Part shown: positions 50,477-63,847 of the stretch, piece after piece
Layout of the letters: every line of letters begins with the position of its first letter
Numbering within the stretch: the stretch's first letter is position 1
Source of the DNA: Octopus sinensis
Lineage: Eukaryota
NCBI RefSeq assembly: GCF_006345805.1
Contig: NC_042997.1
Coordinates: forward strand, 159,402,001-159,466,000
Direction: 5' to 3'
DNA: 64,000 nucleotides
The notes under the pieces: generated by a model
The model's database searches: none
What the model saw: the letters and a program-made list of their open reading frames with translations, nothing else
What the model was told of the DNA's origin: nothing
Program-made: the position numbers and the translations under genes

Positions 50477-50877
50477 AGGCGCAGGAGTGGCTGTGGTAAG
50501 TAGCTTGCTAACCAACCACATGGTTCCGGGTTCAGTCCCACTGCGTGGCATCTTGGGCAAGTGTCTTCTGCTATGGCCCCGGGCTGACCAATGCCTTGTG
50601 AGTGGATTTGGTAGACGGAGACTGAAAGAAGCCTGTCGTATATATGTATATATATATATATGTATGTGTGTGTATGTGTTTGTCCCCCTAGCATTGCTTG
50701 ACAACCGATGCTGGTGTGTTTACGTCCCCGTCACTTAGCGGTTCATCAAAAGAGACCGATAGAATAAGTGCTGGGCTTACAAAGAATAAGTCCCGGGGGC
50801 AATTTGCTCAACTAAAGGCGGTGCTCCAGCATGGCCGCAGTCAAATGACTGAAACAAGTAAAAGAGAGTAAAGAGAG
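50477..50877 (+). mobile_element. SINE family A, full length, young, next to (TA)n
   Basis: GGCGCAGGAGTGGCTGTGGTAAG head through GTAAAAGAGAGTAAAGAG tail. Confidence 0.92.
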
Positions 50878-51947
50878 ATATATATATTTATGTATATCTA
50901 TATGAGTCAGTATGTATATGAGAGAGAGAGAGAGAGAGAGAGTATTTGTGTGTAGACATAGAGAGCAGATGCTAGACAGTAAGAATAAAAAGACAGAAGA
51001 TGCTACTGAAATTTTAGGAAACAGTTGCTGAAATAACAAAGAAACATCTGTTTTAAGTTGATGTTCCTTGTTTAGCTTTCAAGAAAATGATTCCCTGATG
51101 ATGATAACAGCAGCAGCAGCAGCTACATCAATTGTTAGAATACTAGCAGAAATGCAAACTCTCTTTGAAGTTAATTATCAATGGCAATTGCTGTTTTCAT
51201 CTTTTTGACGAGCTTGTTGCCATTTAACTGCACGTCAACCTTCATGAGCAGACTTATAAACAAGAGCAATCCAACCTTGACCACCCTGTCATTATTTTAT
51301 CTGTATCTAGAATTACATTATCTGATGTGTTATTTCCATCTTAAAAAGAACAGGGAGAAGTGTAGTGGCTTGAGGGATTTTGGCTGCCATCTCTAGCAGA
51401 TTCAGCAACCACAGAGGTGATCATGTGAATATTATAACTGCTCTTGTTTATGTTCTTTAGCCTTTATTGTCAAGGATGTTGTTCTTTAGCTTCTATTGTC
51501 AAAGGCAGTCCATCCATGACCATTCCATTTTATTTTTAAGAGGTACATTATCCAAGTGTCTTTCTCTTTATTTATTTTTTTTGTGATTGTAGAGTATGAT
51601 CTAGGAAAGATTTGACTATTGTTTCTAACAGTAAGTTGTAACCCTATGTTAGCCATAATTCATCAGACCTATGAACAAAGGCATGCCAGTCAAAGTTATC
51701 ACTATTTTTTTTTTCAGATATAGTTTATCTAAAACCACATTATTTGATGTCTCTGTCTTTTACTAAGTTGAAAAAAGGATCTCATTTACGAGAGATTTAG
51801 CTGCTATATGTAGCAGGATGAGCTACCACCTAAATCAGTGGTTTTCAACCAGGATCCATATAAAATTTTATTATTAAAATTTATGTGCAATATTTTAATT
51901 TCTTTTATACAATTCTTAATATGTAATTATAAAAATAAAGTAAGATT

Positions 51948-51997
<50 letters not shown>

Positions 51998-51999
<2 letters not shown>

Positions 52000-52417
52000 A
52001 ATTCGAAGTCGATCAACATCAATGGAAATTGATACCAGTGCCGGTGACAAGTAAGCGAACCATCTGATTGTGGCCGTTGCCAGCCCCGCCCTGACTGGCT
52101 TCCGTGCCGGTGGCACGTAAAAAGCACCATCCGTTCATGGCCGTTGCCAGCGCTGCCCAGACTGGCCTCCGTGCCGGTGGCACGTAAAAGCACCATCCGT
52201 TCGTGGCCGTTTGCCAGCACCGTCTGGCACCTGTGCGGGTGGCACATAAAAAGCACCCACTACACTCGCAGAGTGGTTGGCGTTAGGAAGGGCATCCAGC
52301 CATAGAAACACTGCCAGATCAGACTGGGCCTGATGCAGCCTTCTGGCTTCACAGACCCCAGTTGAACCGTCCAACCCATGCTAGCATGGAAAACGGACGC
52401 TAAATGATGATGATGAT
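51998..52417 (+). mobile_element. SINE family B with four internal modules, (TA)n-flanked
   Basis: GTGCCGGTG(G)CAC...AAAAGCACC modules, GGCGTTAGGAAGGGCATCC core and GGACGCTAAATGATGATG tail. Confidence 0.9.
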
Positions 52418-53122
52418 ATATACAGCAAATGGCTATGTATATCCTGTAGAGTAAAACAGGAATCAAAGGGGCCGATAAGCAAAAAAATGGTTGAAAGCCA
52501 CTTGTCAAGAGCCCATTTGACTTGTTATTGTTTAGCCCCGGTCAGACTTTATCCAACAAATTTATGATCAAAAGGTGCTCAAAATATAACAATTTTAAAG
52601 CATAGTATATCTAAGACATTATCTTTCATCCCTTCCTTTCTTTAAGATGTTAGAGGGATCTAATTAGAAGATTTGGCTGCTATTTTTACCATGTTATACA
52701 ACAGCAAGAAGATTATCTTCTAGGTACTGCTTCACTGGTGGCATTATTCTTTGCACTAGCTGCTCATAATACAGCTATTAGGCAACGGACTATACAGCTA
52801 TTATAGAGCAGTTTATATAACTTTCATCCAGTTATTATACAGCAGATTATAGAACTTTCATATAGGAATTATACAGCAGACTATAAAGCTATTGTACTGC
52901 AGAGCTATTATACAGTTATTATACATCAATAATTCAGATATTCTATGGCAGATTATGATTATTCTATAGCTGCTTCACAGCAGGTTTAACAGCTGTTATA
53001 TATCTATTATACTATGCCACAGATTATATAGATTACGTAGCATATGTACAGCTATTATATTGCAGATTAAACAGCTGTTATGCAGTTACTACACAACACA
53101 TTATGCTGCTATTGCTACAAAG

Positions 53123-53755
53123 CAAATTATTCAGCTACTACTCTGCAGATTATCCAGCAACAACTCGGCAGATTATCCAGCAACAACTCGGCAGATTATC
53201 CAGCAACTACTCGGCAGATTATCCAGCAACTACTCGGCAGATTATCCAGCAACAACTCGGCAGATTATCCAGCAACTACTCGGCAGATTATCCAGCAACT
53301 ACTCGGCAGATTATCCAGCAACTACTCGGCAGATTATCCAGCAACTACTCGGCAGATTATCCAGCAACTACTCGGCAGATTATCCAGCAACTACACAGCA
53401 GATTATCCAGCAACTACACAGCAGATTATCCAGCAACTACACAGCAGATTATCCAGCAACTACACAGCAGATTATCCAGCAACTACACAGCAGATTATCC
53501 AGCAACTACACAGCAGAATATCCAGCAACTACACAGCAGATTATTCAGCAACTACACAGATTATCCAGCTACAATACAGCAGATTATCCAGCTACTATAC
53601 AGCAGATTATCCAGCTATCATACAGAAGATTATCCAGCTGTCATACAAAAGATTATCCAGCTACCACACAGAAGATTATCCAGCTGCTACACAGCAGATT
53701 ATCCAGCTACTACACAACAGATTATCTAGAAACTTCACAGAAGATTATGCAGCTA
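53123..53755 (+). repeat. 23-bp minisatellite, about 27 units
   Basis: Unit CAGATTATCCAGCAACTACTCGG or ...ACTACACAG; exact 23-bp spacing from 53146; degenerate related sequence extends left to about 52780. Confidence 0.97.
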
Positions 53756-54439
53756 TTATCAAGCTAAACTTGATAGTACCAAGTGAATAATACAGGTCAG
53801 AGAATTGGTATTGGTAGAAATAATCATAGTGAAGTACAAATTGGATAAATTTGACTTTGAGTTTGTGAGCATATAAAAATAATGGGACCATAGATTCTAT
53901 ACTTCTGATGAAACAATTCCAAAATATCTGGTTACCTAATACATGTTGATCTACAAAGTTCTTTAACACCATCCCATCTTCCATAAATTGACAAGGCATG
54001 AAAAATATATGAATCACTGAGTATCTCAACAGATTGCTATGGCAATATACAAGCTAAATATTATTGCTTAGTCCCTAATCGATTCTGATTGAGCAGACCA
54101 ATGATTAAATGCATTTCAGTTGTGACCTTCTAGATGTATCTAGGACTATATTATCAAAAGTGTACTTTCCTTATTTAAGACAGTAGTGTGTGATTTGAGA
54201 GAGATTTGGCAGCTATATACTAGCAGGACAAACAAAAATATAGATACTCCTTTGCTGGCTTGTCAAGAAAAAATCCAATATTAGCACACAAGAAGACTAT
54301 TTTCTTGCCCTAAAAACAAAGCCAAATATCCAATCAACAGAAACTAATTTTAGCAGTGATCTTTATGCACTTTCTGGTCAAGTAGAGCTATGATCAAAAA
54401 AGCATTCCAGCTAATAAGTTGCTTCTCCCCCACGCCCAG

Positions 54440-54585
54440 ATAGGTGTGGCTTTGTGGTAAAGAAACTTGCTTTTGGGTTAGGTACCACAGCATGGCACCT
54501 TAGGCAAGTGTCTTTTACTATAGCCCAAGGTCAACCAAGGCCTTGAGTGGATTTGGTAGATGGAAGGTGAAAGAAGTCTATCATA
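54440..54585 (+). mobile_element. SINE family A, 5' half
   Basis: GTGTGGCTTTGTGGTAAAG...GGCACCTTAGGCAAGTGTC...GTGGATTTGGTAGATGGAAG. Confidence 0.7.
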
Positions 54586-54662
54586 TATATATATATATAT
54601 ATATATATACTGTTCCATGGTGGTAAGATCAACAAAAAAGTACTCCATTTGGTGAGAGATAA

Positions 54663-54817
54663 ATATTATTTAATAAACAAACTATTTCTTTATGAGCTAC
54701 AAATAGTTTCATGCAATGAAAACAACTCCAACAGCATCTGGTGTCAGGGTAGTTTTCATCACACGAAACTATTGGTAGCTCCTAGAAAATATATATACTG
54801 TGTTTATTAAATAATAT
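54663..54817. repeat. 155-bp imperfect palindrome (MITE-like hairpin)
   Basis: ATATTATTTAATAAACA / TGTTTATTAAATAATAT perfect 17-bp ends; inner arms GAGCTAC.AATAGTTTC.TG..ATGAAAAC / GTTTTCAT..CA.GAAACTATT.GTAGCTC. Confidence 0.85.
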
Positions 54818-54922
54818 CATCATCATCATCATCATCATCGTTTAACGTCCGTTCTCCATGCTAGCATGGGTTGGACGGTTCGACCGGGGTTCTGGGAAGC
54901 CAGAAGGCTGCACCAGGCTCCA
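54817..54922 (-). mobile_element. SINE family B 3' fragment
   Basis: (CAT)n-CGTTTAACGTCCGTTCTCCATGCTAGC...CACCAGGCTCCA then (TA)n. Confidence 0.85.
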
Positions 54923-55335
54923 ATATATATATATGTGTGTAATGACCATTTTCTCATGCTAGCATGGGTTGGATGATTTAACAAGAGTCGGCAAGCCAGA
55001 TGACAACACAAAGCTCTGTGTAGTTTGCATTGGCATGGTTTCTACAGCTGGATGCCCTTCTTATTACCAATCACTTTACAGAGTGTACAGGGTGATTTTT
55101 ATGTGGCACCAGCACTGTCAGGGTTACCACGTAACTTGCAAGACAGACATTTGGACTAGAAGGGGGAGAAGTATTGAGAGAAGTGGCTTTGTGCCAGTTG
55201 ATGAGAAGCATAATAGAAGAACAAAGATAGGTATCTTGCTGTAGAGGAGATACATGGCTACCCAGTTGGTAAACAAAGGTGTGAAAGAAAGGGGGAAAGT
55301 GAGAGAGAAAGATGGTGACCAACATCGCCATCACT

Positions 55336-55368
<33 letters not shown>

Positions 55369-55864
55369 CATTTGTCTCCTTGGCTTGACATCAAGTGATA
55401 GTTATGAGTGTCACCATCATGCACACAGAGTCTTTTGTTCCCAATCTTACAGGAAAGCACGTGTTGTCATGGGAAATATTACCATAATTTGGAAACAGGT
55501 GAGGGTTTGTAACAGGCCATAAAGAATGCACTGCAACAAATTCCATCAACCCATGCAAGCATAGAAAAGTGAACCATAAATATATATCATCATCATCATC
55601 ATCATTTAGCATCCGTTTTCCATGTTGGCATGGGTTAGTTTGACTGGAACTGGTAAGCCAGAGAGCTGTACCAGACTTCAGTCGGGTTTGGCTTGGCTTC
55701 TATGGTTGGATGCTCTTCCTAATGCCAACCACTCCAAGAGTTGTAGTGGGTGCCTTATACATGTCACTGGCAACAATAACTGGTACATCAAATGCACTGG
55801 AATAGCAGATGCACTTGGAGTTATGGACTAAAAATCGAGAAGAAATTTTCAATACATATTTTCA

Positions 55865-56055
55865 GGCTGTTGTTTAGCCTCAGATCAGCTCTGATCAGGC
55901 AGACAAATGATAACAGATGTTCAAACCATGAACATTCTATTCTGAGGTTCAATATACAGGACCATAACATCCAGCCTGTCTGTCTTTCTTTTTTTATTTT
56001 TGATACGAGGGTGTGATTTTAAGGAAATTCAACTGTTGTTTCTAGCAGGTTGAAA
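55865..56055 (-). mobile_element. SINE-like family D copy
   Basis: TGTTGTTTAGCCTCAG...ATCCAGCC...GGGTGTGATTTTAAGG...TTTCTAGCAGGTTGA. Confidence 0.7.
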
Positions 56056-56728
56056 AAGAGAGAGTAGACTGGAAGAATTTGAAAGATATCAGGCAAAATG
56101 CCTTATCTGTCGTCAAAGGCATTCCAACTGCGACCAATTCATCTTTTTCTATATATCTAAGATTACACTATCTGATGTATTCCTTTCTGTAAGTAGCAAT
56201 TTGCACAAGATTTAGCTATTATTTCTAGCAGGTTCAGTAACCACATGGAAGCTCATACCTAGGCTTAATGTGATCAAGATGGTGGTGGTGGTACTTTAGA
56301 AGAGCTAGTCCACAATACACATAAAGACTGAAGTAAGAAAGTAAAAGGAATACAAGGTGTGTTGAAAAGAAAAACAGAGGAGAGATGGAGAGAAAGAAAT
56401 GAAGATACAAAGAAATTTGAGAAATTAGAATTCAAAGAGAGTAAGGATGAAATGTAGTGACTGGTTTATAGAATAAACTACCGAAAATGAGCAAAGTGGT
56501 CAGAGCAGAAGACAGTGCTATAACAGTCCTGTTTACTATAGTGTATAGACTATATTAAAAATGTAATTCATTTTAAGACAGTAGGGTGTGTGACATGATG
56601 AACATCTACTGCTATTTCTAGCAGCTCAACCAATGATGAAGCTCACTTGTTAGTTGGAACAAAGAAAATAATTGCTCTTGTTTATCCTCCAAGTCTGCCC
56701 TGGTCAAGCACAGCTGTGTATGAGCAAA

Positions 56729-56881
56729 CTGGCGTGGTCCCAGGAATTTTTCGAAAGAAGGGCACAAGGTCAAAAGGGAATACAATTCCAGAAGAAACGA
56801 TCGTAATAAGATTATTTAGAAGGGTGTACTTTTTTTCTTGAGGGAGCACGTGCCCTTCAGGCACCCTTTTAGGTCCGCCCC
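56729..56881. mobile_element. Small GC-rich MITE-like insertion
   Basis: 8-bp direct repeat TGAGCAAA at 56721-56728 and 56882-56889; imperfect termini CTGGCGTGGTCC / GGTCCGCCCC. Confidence 0.4.
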
Positions 56882-56989
56882 TGAGCAAAGGTGTCCCACT
56901 TATGCCCATATCACTCTATTTTCATACATAGTATACCTAAAACTACATGTGTCATTCATATTTTAACACGATTTGAAAATTTAGCTACT

Positions 56990-58360
56990 GTTTCTAGCTG
57001 CGAGTAAACACGCAGAGCAGACATGGAAAATCTTTTACGAGAAGTGACATTAGACGTGGGTCATCATCAGGTGAACCACATGACTAAAAAAATTCGAATT
57101 TTTCGTCAGGCGTGTCATTCATTGAGTACAGCGGGCCGCAACATGTCCATCATTGACGTAGAAGCTCCTTAAGAAAGCTAATCTATAGTGGTGGGTGAGT
57201 ATTTGGAAATGAATGAAGGGTGGTGAGGCATGAGAATCGGGAAGGTAAGAGGAAAGGAAATCAGAAAAGGTCAGATAATATAGAGATCTACGGGTGGGAG
57301 AAACAGGACAGGAGCAAATTGTTGTTTAGCACCAGGTTTGCTCTGAATAAACTCGTGATCAATGTTATTCCTTACATGACCATCTTGTCTATTTTTGCTA
57401 AGACAATAGGATATATATGAGAGAATAAGGTTGTTATTTCTAGAATGACCAACAATTTAGAAGCCCCTTCGTTAAAAGAAAGACAGAGGGAGAATTCGAG
57501 ATGGATGTATAAAATGAGATACAATTGGACCGGAGTGGGATTAAAGAAAGGATTAATTGGAGTAAATGGGGGGGGAGAAAAGAAGGAAGGAATACAGAGG
57601 GCAGGGAGGGAAAAAGGAGAAGTGAACGAGAAAAAACCAATTAAGAAAGAATATTGGTAAAGAGAAGGAAAGAAAGAGAGAAACATCATTTATACATATA
57701 GTGCAGAGTGGTTAGAGGAAAGAGAAGGAAACGAAAAAATAAAATAAAGTGAAGAAGAGAGAGAAGTGAAAAGGTGAGAAAGAAAGAAAATAGAGGTAAT
57801 TATTATCAGAGAATGTGTCAGGCTAACAAGAAAAATACAGTAAAGATGAATGTCAGAAAAGAATTGGTTAGGTTTCCATAGACACACAACCAGCAACATA
57901 TAAGACGTCCGCCTTCGTTTCATTACAAAGAGGACAGAGAGGGTATGAAAGAGTGAGAGAGGGTATGACAGTATGAGAGAGAGAGAGAGAAGGGTGATGA
58001 GGAGGAGGAGGAGGAGGAGAAAACCGATGACATCATCAGATATTTGTACGAGAATAGTATGTTGTGATGGTACAAGAGGTAGGTATAGTATATTGGGGGA
58101 GTAAGTAGGGGAATACAGAGAAAAATTATTAGTGTCGCTGCGGGGTAAAACTGCGGGGGCTGATGGAGATATAACGGACGAAAGATGATAAACTGGGAAA
58201 AGTTGACATAGAGACAAGTAGGTGTTGTTTGTATGAGAATACAAGCTTAATACAGATACACATGCACACAACAGATTCACCTGCTTAAACAGAAAATAGG
58301 ATACCCGTCCACATGACTGAAGAAGCATCTAGTCAGTAACTTAAACATGCCGGTTCACGT
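56990..58360. promoter_or_regulatory. Putative CpG-retaining promoter / first-exon region
   Basis: CpGs become frequent in unique DNA (GCGAG, CACGC, AGCGGGCCGC, TGACGT, GCTGCGGG); minus-strand donor CAG|GTGAAT near 58278-58281; E-box CACGTG near 58357. Confidence 0.3.
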
Positions 58361-58369
58361 GTACATGGT

Positions 58370-58378
58370 GTGTGTGTG

Positions 58379-58414
<36 letters not shown>

Positions 58415-58430
58415 TACATTATGTAAATAC

Positions 58431-58463
<33 letters not shown>

Positions 58464-58676
58464 CGTATATATACACACATACCTATATATATACATACAC
58501 ATATACATACATCTGGATATCATGTTGCTTATTTTGATTTTACACATATATATATATATACACATACATACCTATATATACATACATACCTATATATACA
58601 CACATACATACCTAACCTATATATACATACATACCTATATATACACACACATACATACCTAACCTATATATATATA

Positions 58677-58709
<33 letters not shown>

Positions 58710-58879
58710 CATACATACATATACACACACACATTCTTTTGCTTGCATCAGTCATTTGATTGTGGCCATGCTGCAGCACCGCCAGTAATATATGTATATA
58801 CATATATATATATATATATATATGAACAAGCATATACATAAATATATATATATATATATGAACAAGCATATACATAAAT

Positions 58880-58915
<36 letters not shown>

Positions 58916-58990
58916 CATAAATATATATATATACACACACACACACATATATATGAATATACATACGTACACATGCATCCGTATGTATGT
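58370..58990. repeat. Compound (TA)n/(TACA)n microsatellite with short tandem duplications
   Basis: Directly visible, including two copies of ATGAACAAGCATATACATAAATATATA. Confidence 0.9.
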
Positions 58991-60419
58991 GTGCGCGTGT
59001 GGTTTACTCAAAGCAGCATTCATGACCTTTGCAACCACACTTGAGATTGGTACAGAGGAGGAAGACAGGAAAAAGGAAACCACGAGTCATATAGGAAACA
59101 GTATTACTACAATGCTCTCACAGAAGATTATTGCAAAAGGGTGGACTCCAGCCAACAAGGACACCCAAAGACTAGACCGTGGTGTTAAACAGGGTGATGA
59201 ATTAAATCGTGTACGAATTCATTTCATATACTGATGTGATTTATCCAATTCTTCTTTTCTAAATTAAAAATTTAAAAAAAAAACCTCTGGAAATTTCCAA
59301 CCGCCACACACCTAGCTACGAATGTTCCAGCTGAACATCAACAATATTACTATCGCCTGCTTTTTTTTCTATTTTTGGTGCGGCGCGAGTTACAAAGGTC
59401 ATAAGCAATCCCCCTCTTATCTTGAGTGAATGAATGTGTGAATTTCTGTGCGGGACCGATAAATAAAGTACCAGTACAAGGGACGACTTATTTTCATTCT
59501 CATCGGAAGAAATCATGGCCGATCCTCGAGTTTGAATGATTGGCCATGCTAGGTTTAAAATGCCTAAAACACACCATAACTCAATAAGGATTTGAGCGTC
59601 AAAGAGTGAATAGCTATCTAACAGTATGTATGTGTGCGTGTCTTTGTATGTATTGCATATACGTACGTATATATGTATGTAAACGCATGTATGTAAGTAG
59701 ACGTATGTGGAGTGTGTATACTGATAAGTGTAAATACACGTGCAAACACACCACAGAATGTGTGAATGTACTTAAAAAAAAAACTAATTAAATTCTCGAA
59801 AGGAATTCTTGAAAGGAATCTATGGAATTAACAAAAAAAAATAATCAATAAATGGTCAGTATATATTTAAAAAATGACTAATTGATACTAACATCTTGTA
59901 CACTACTTTCAAAGATTCATTAATATAGAGGCTGTTTAACCATAATATTGGTACCGATAGTGCAGACTTTGGAAAGACGTTCCAAATATGACTCATTTGT
60001 CTTTCTTCTCTTTTTTCAAACATATAATTCAGGACAACCTTATCCAAATGTCATCTCTTCATAAAGAACTGACATTGTGCTTTAAGGAAGTTTGGGCTCC
60101 TACTTCTAGTAGATCAAACAATGTTGAAGCTCCTTCATTGAGGAGATTAGATGGTTAAAGTAAGGTAAGATTAGATTATATAGAGAAGCATACCAACTGC
60201 AAATGATACACGAAAATGAAGACGATGGGAGGAGAAATGAAAACTTTTGTGACTCCTTTCCTGAATCACACGTTCGTTAACTCTCTTCTTTTTTTAATCT
60301 GCTGATTTAAAGAATGTTTTCAAGGATAATTTTCTGTTTCATCTGATTTTAACTTTTGAAAGGACAAAAACTGAAGAAAATCTCATTGGTACCCTATTTA
60401 TATCATGTCAACTATTACC

Positions 60420-60839
60420 TATTTCTTTACTACCCACAAGGGACCAAACACAGAGAGGTAAAGACAAGGACTGACACACGGTTCAAGTCGATTACATTTC
60501 ACCCCAGTGCGTAACTGGTACTTATTTAATCGACCCCGAAAGGATGAAAGGCAAAGTCGACCTCGGCGGAATTTGAACTCAGAACGTAGCGGCAGACGAA
60601 ATACCTATTTCTTTATTACCCACAAGGGGCTAAACACAGAGGGGACAAACAAGGACAGACATAGGTATTAAGTCGATTACATCGACCCCAGTGCGTAACT
60701 GGTACTTAATTTATCGACCCCGAAAGGATGAAAGGCAAAGTCGACCTCGGCGGAATTTGAACTCACAACGTAACGCAGACGAAATACCGCTAAGCATTTC
60801 GCCCGGCTTGCTAACGAGTCTGCCAGCACGCCGCCTTTG
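60420..60839 (-). mobile_element. SINE family C head-body-body dimer with 15-bp TSD
   Basis: One head (AAAGGCGGCGTGCTGGCAG) and two ~186-bp bodies; ATGTCAACTATTACC at 60405-60419 and 60840-60854. Confidence 0.92.
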
Positions 60840-62959
60840 ATGTCAACTATTACCAAGGAAACGTTCGGATACGAAAGGTACAGACACCCACCTTGAAAGA
60901 GAGAGGGGGAGAGAGAATTACTTCTAGTCACTATTGTTCAGATCAGCCTATGATTTAAGAAATTTCAAACCAAGCTTGATCATCCTTCGTTTTCGTGCGT
61001 GTATATGTTCAGACGTCGTAAACCTAGAACTACATTATTTTAACGTCTCGTTTGTTTGGTTTTTCTTTGAAAGTGGGATGTAATTTGATAGAAACTTGAT
61101 CGTTACTTTTAGTATGCTTTTTGACTAGATAGTGATTCCCTTGTATCAAACTGCAAATGGACACCAGCCGGGACGACAGGTACAAAATATTTTTTAAAAT
61201 GCCACTTTCTAGAAGAAAAATAATGGTTTCTGATCTAACAATGACTTTTAATGTAGTCATGGTGTGACAAATTGGAATGTGAAGTGGGTTGCATACACCA
61301 ATAATTTAACAAAGACTTGTTTTAACAAGCACAAAAGGATGAAAAACAAAGTTGACTTGGGCGGGATTTGAACTCTAAAAGTGAATAAATATTCGCAATG
61401 ACTCAATGCCAAATATTTTGGAGAAGAGTATAATCGATTATATTGATCTCAATAAACTTTCTGGTGCGTTATTTTATCGATCCTGGTATTGTAAAAGGTA
61501 AAAGTTGAACTTGGCGAATGTAAAACCCAAAACGTTAAAGACCTTAACTCAGAATTGATCTCTGAGTGTACGGAGTTAAGTCGATATCATTGACTTTAGT
61601 AATTGACATATTTATTTATCGACGCCGAAAGGATGACTGGAAAAGTTAACTGCTACTGGGCTTTAACTTGGTACAAATAGTACAAAGCACTTTCCCCGAC
61701 ACTGACGTTTCTGCCAAACCACCAGCTTGACCTTAAAATATTACAAGGTCTTTTGACCGATACTTAGCGGAGATTTGACAGAGCTAGCTATACCTCATAG
61801 TGAAAATGAAGGAAACACGGAGTGGGGGGGAATGAAAATTGAAATATGTTTGTGAAAAAAAAACAAAACAAAATTCAATTGGAATTGTAATTCCTAGCGA
61901 ATGAATACTAAAAACGTAAATAAATGTATAAAACATGAAAATAAATAGATAAAAGGCTCGATTCTGTGCCGTGCTCATTTTCTCCCCCATTAAGAAGAGA
62001 TAGACATTACAAAAGCTCATCCCATGCTTGACAGATCCTGTCGATCTACTGGGCACAAAGCCAGCAATTTGTTAGAAAATGGGGTTAATCGACCACATCT
62101 ACTCCAGTGCTCAACTGGTACTCATTTTATTGACCCCATAATAAAATTAATAGTTATTTCTTAAACATTCAGATTTAAAAGAGGAAATATGGTTTTCTGT
62201 GTATCTTTACGAGATTGTTTTCACATTATATTTTTATCATATTCACCTGAAGGGAGTACTCAAGTACCGGCTTGGCTGAGATGGATGCAAACTAAAACTA
62301 AAAATTGATCAGTCACTTTTACCCCTCTCTCTCTCTCTCTCATCAGCGTGATTTGAACTCACGTGCAGCCGACGATTTTATCTCATGACTTTCGCCATCA
62401 CCACTATTGTCCTGTATATTATGTTGTACCATATCAATAATCAGTGACTAACTTAGAATAAGCAAAATACTCACACGGGAATCAGTTCCTTTATTTCATA
62501 TGTGTTACGTAAATATTTAGGATCTTTTGATCCATATATTTTCAACAGAAAAACCCTTAGAGTGGAAAATAGGAAGAAAGTGATGGATTTTTCAATTTTG
62601 AAACAAAAAAAGATGAAATACATAAAATAAGTTATGTCAAGTAATCGCATTCAGGAGTCGAAATGCCTTTTTTTTTATTCATAAACCTTACATCAGCTTG
62701 TTCAACCCACCACATCTCGTAGAAATATGGAAACATATGTGGTTAGGAAATTCTTGGTATTAATCAGGAATCTTCCCCCACCTGGGCACAAGTTAACGAA
62801 AGCTAACGTAGAAGTTACCCATAACTGCATATTAAATGTGTACATACGTGTGTGCGAATACACACGCGTGCACCCCCACACGCACACGAGTGTGTTTATA
62901 CATATATTATATTTACATGTATACACGTGTATATGTCGGGGTGTATGTGTATATATAAG

Positions 62960-62992
<33 letters not shown>

Positions 62993-63811
62993 TAGAAGTA
63001 TTGGGGGTGATGTAGTTCGTTATATAGATAGATAGATAGATAGATAAGGAGAGAGACAGAGCGAGTGAGAAAGAGAGAAACGGGCTGAGCGAGTGAGAGA
63101 GAGAGAGCGACTGAGAGACCTTGGTACCTCTACACTTTCATAGAATTTTGACAGTACTGGCATGTTTGTTTGTTCTATTTTCACAAGGCAGCACAACTAT
63201 AAAAAATATAATTCACATAAGAAATAAATATAAAGAAAATGTTATTTATCATAAACTCCCTTCGCATCGTAGATGCATTGCCAGAATATGTTAGTCTTAA
63301 GTGTACGTTTTCTATCGACTCCCTAGTTGTCAGGTTCTTCATAGGAGGGAGTTGTCATCGTTTGATTATGTGGTGCTATTTCGTAGGCTAACAATTTAAG
63401 CATTGCAAATTCAACAGGAGAAAAACATAATCACAGATTTATCCGTTATGGTACTTGTTAAATGTAAAGATATTTTCTTTATAAATTCATTTATGAATAA
63501 CGCTTGCCCATTATTATTATTTTTTTTTTCAAATACAGAATAGAGGGAGCGTGCGAGAAATAAAATAATGAAAGAAGGAAGTTTGTATTATGTGTTAATG
63601 AAGAGGAAGAAGAAAGAAAATATGTGAAACGTGAGCAAACATCACGAGTACAAACCTTTAACAGAAAGAAATGTACATTCGCACATCACTGGCTCCACCA
63701 TAAACAAAGTAGAAGCGACAGCATCAAACGGATTTTCAGAACGTTCAGGACACACCGTTGCCGACACACGAGTTACATACGTAAACACACACACACACAT
63801 AATATATGCAC

Positions 63812-63847
<36 letters not shown>

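Noticed and set aside
57690-58328. 212-aa minus-strand ORF
   Set aside because: Low-complexity L/S/F translation of a purine-rich tract; at most the first 16 codons before the CAG|GTGAAT donor could be exonic.
59178-59198. RGVKQGD, resembling a non-LTR RT motif
   Set aside because: Only 7 residues; the following LSP and flanking RT motifs are absent.
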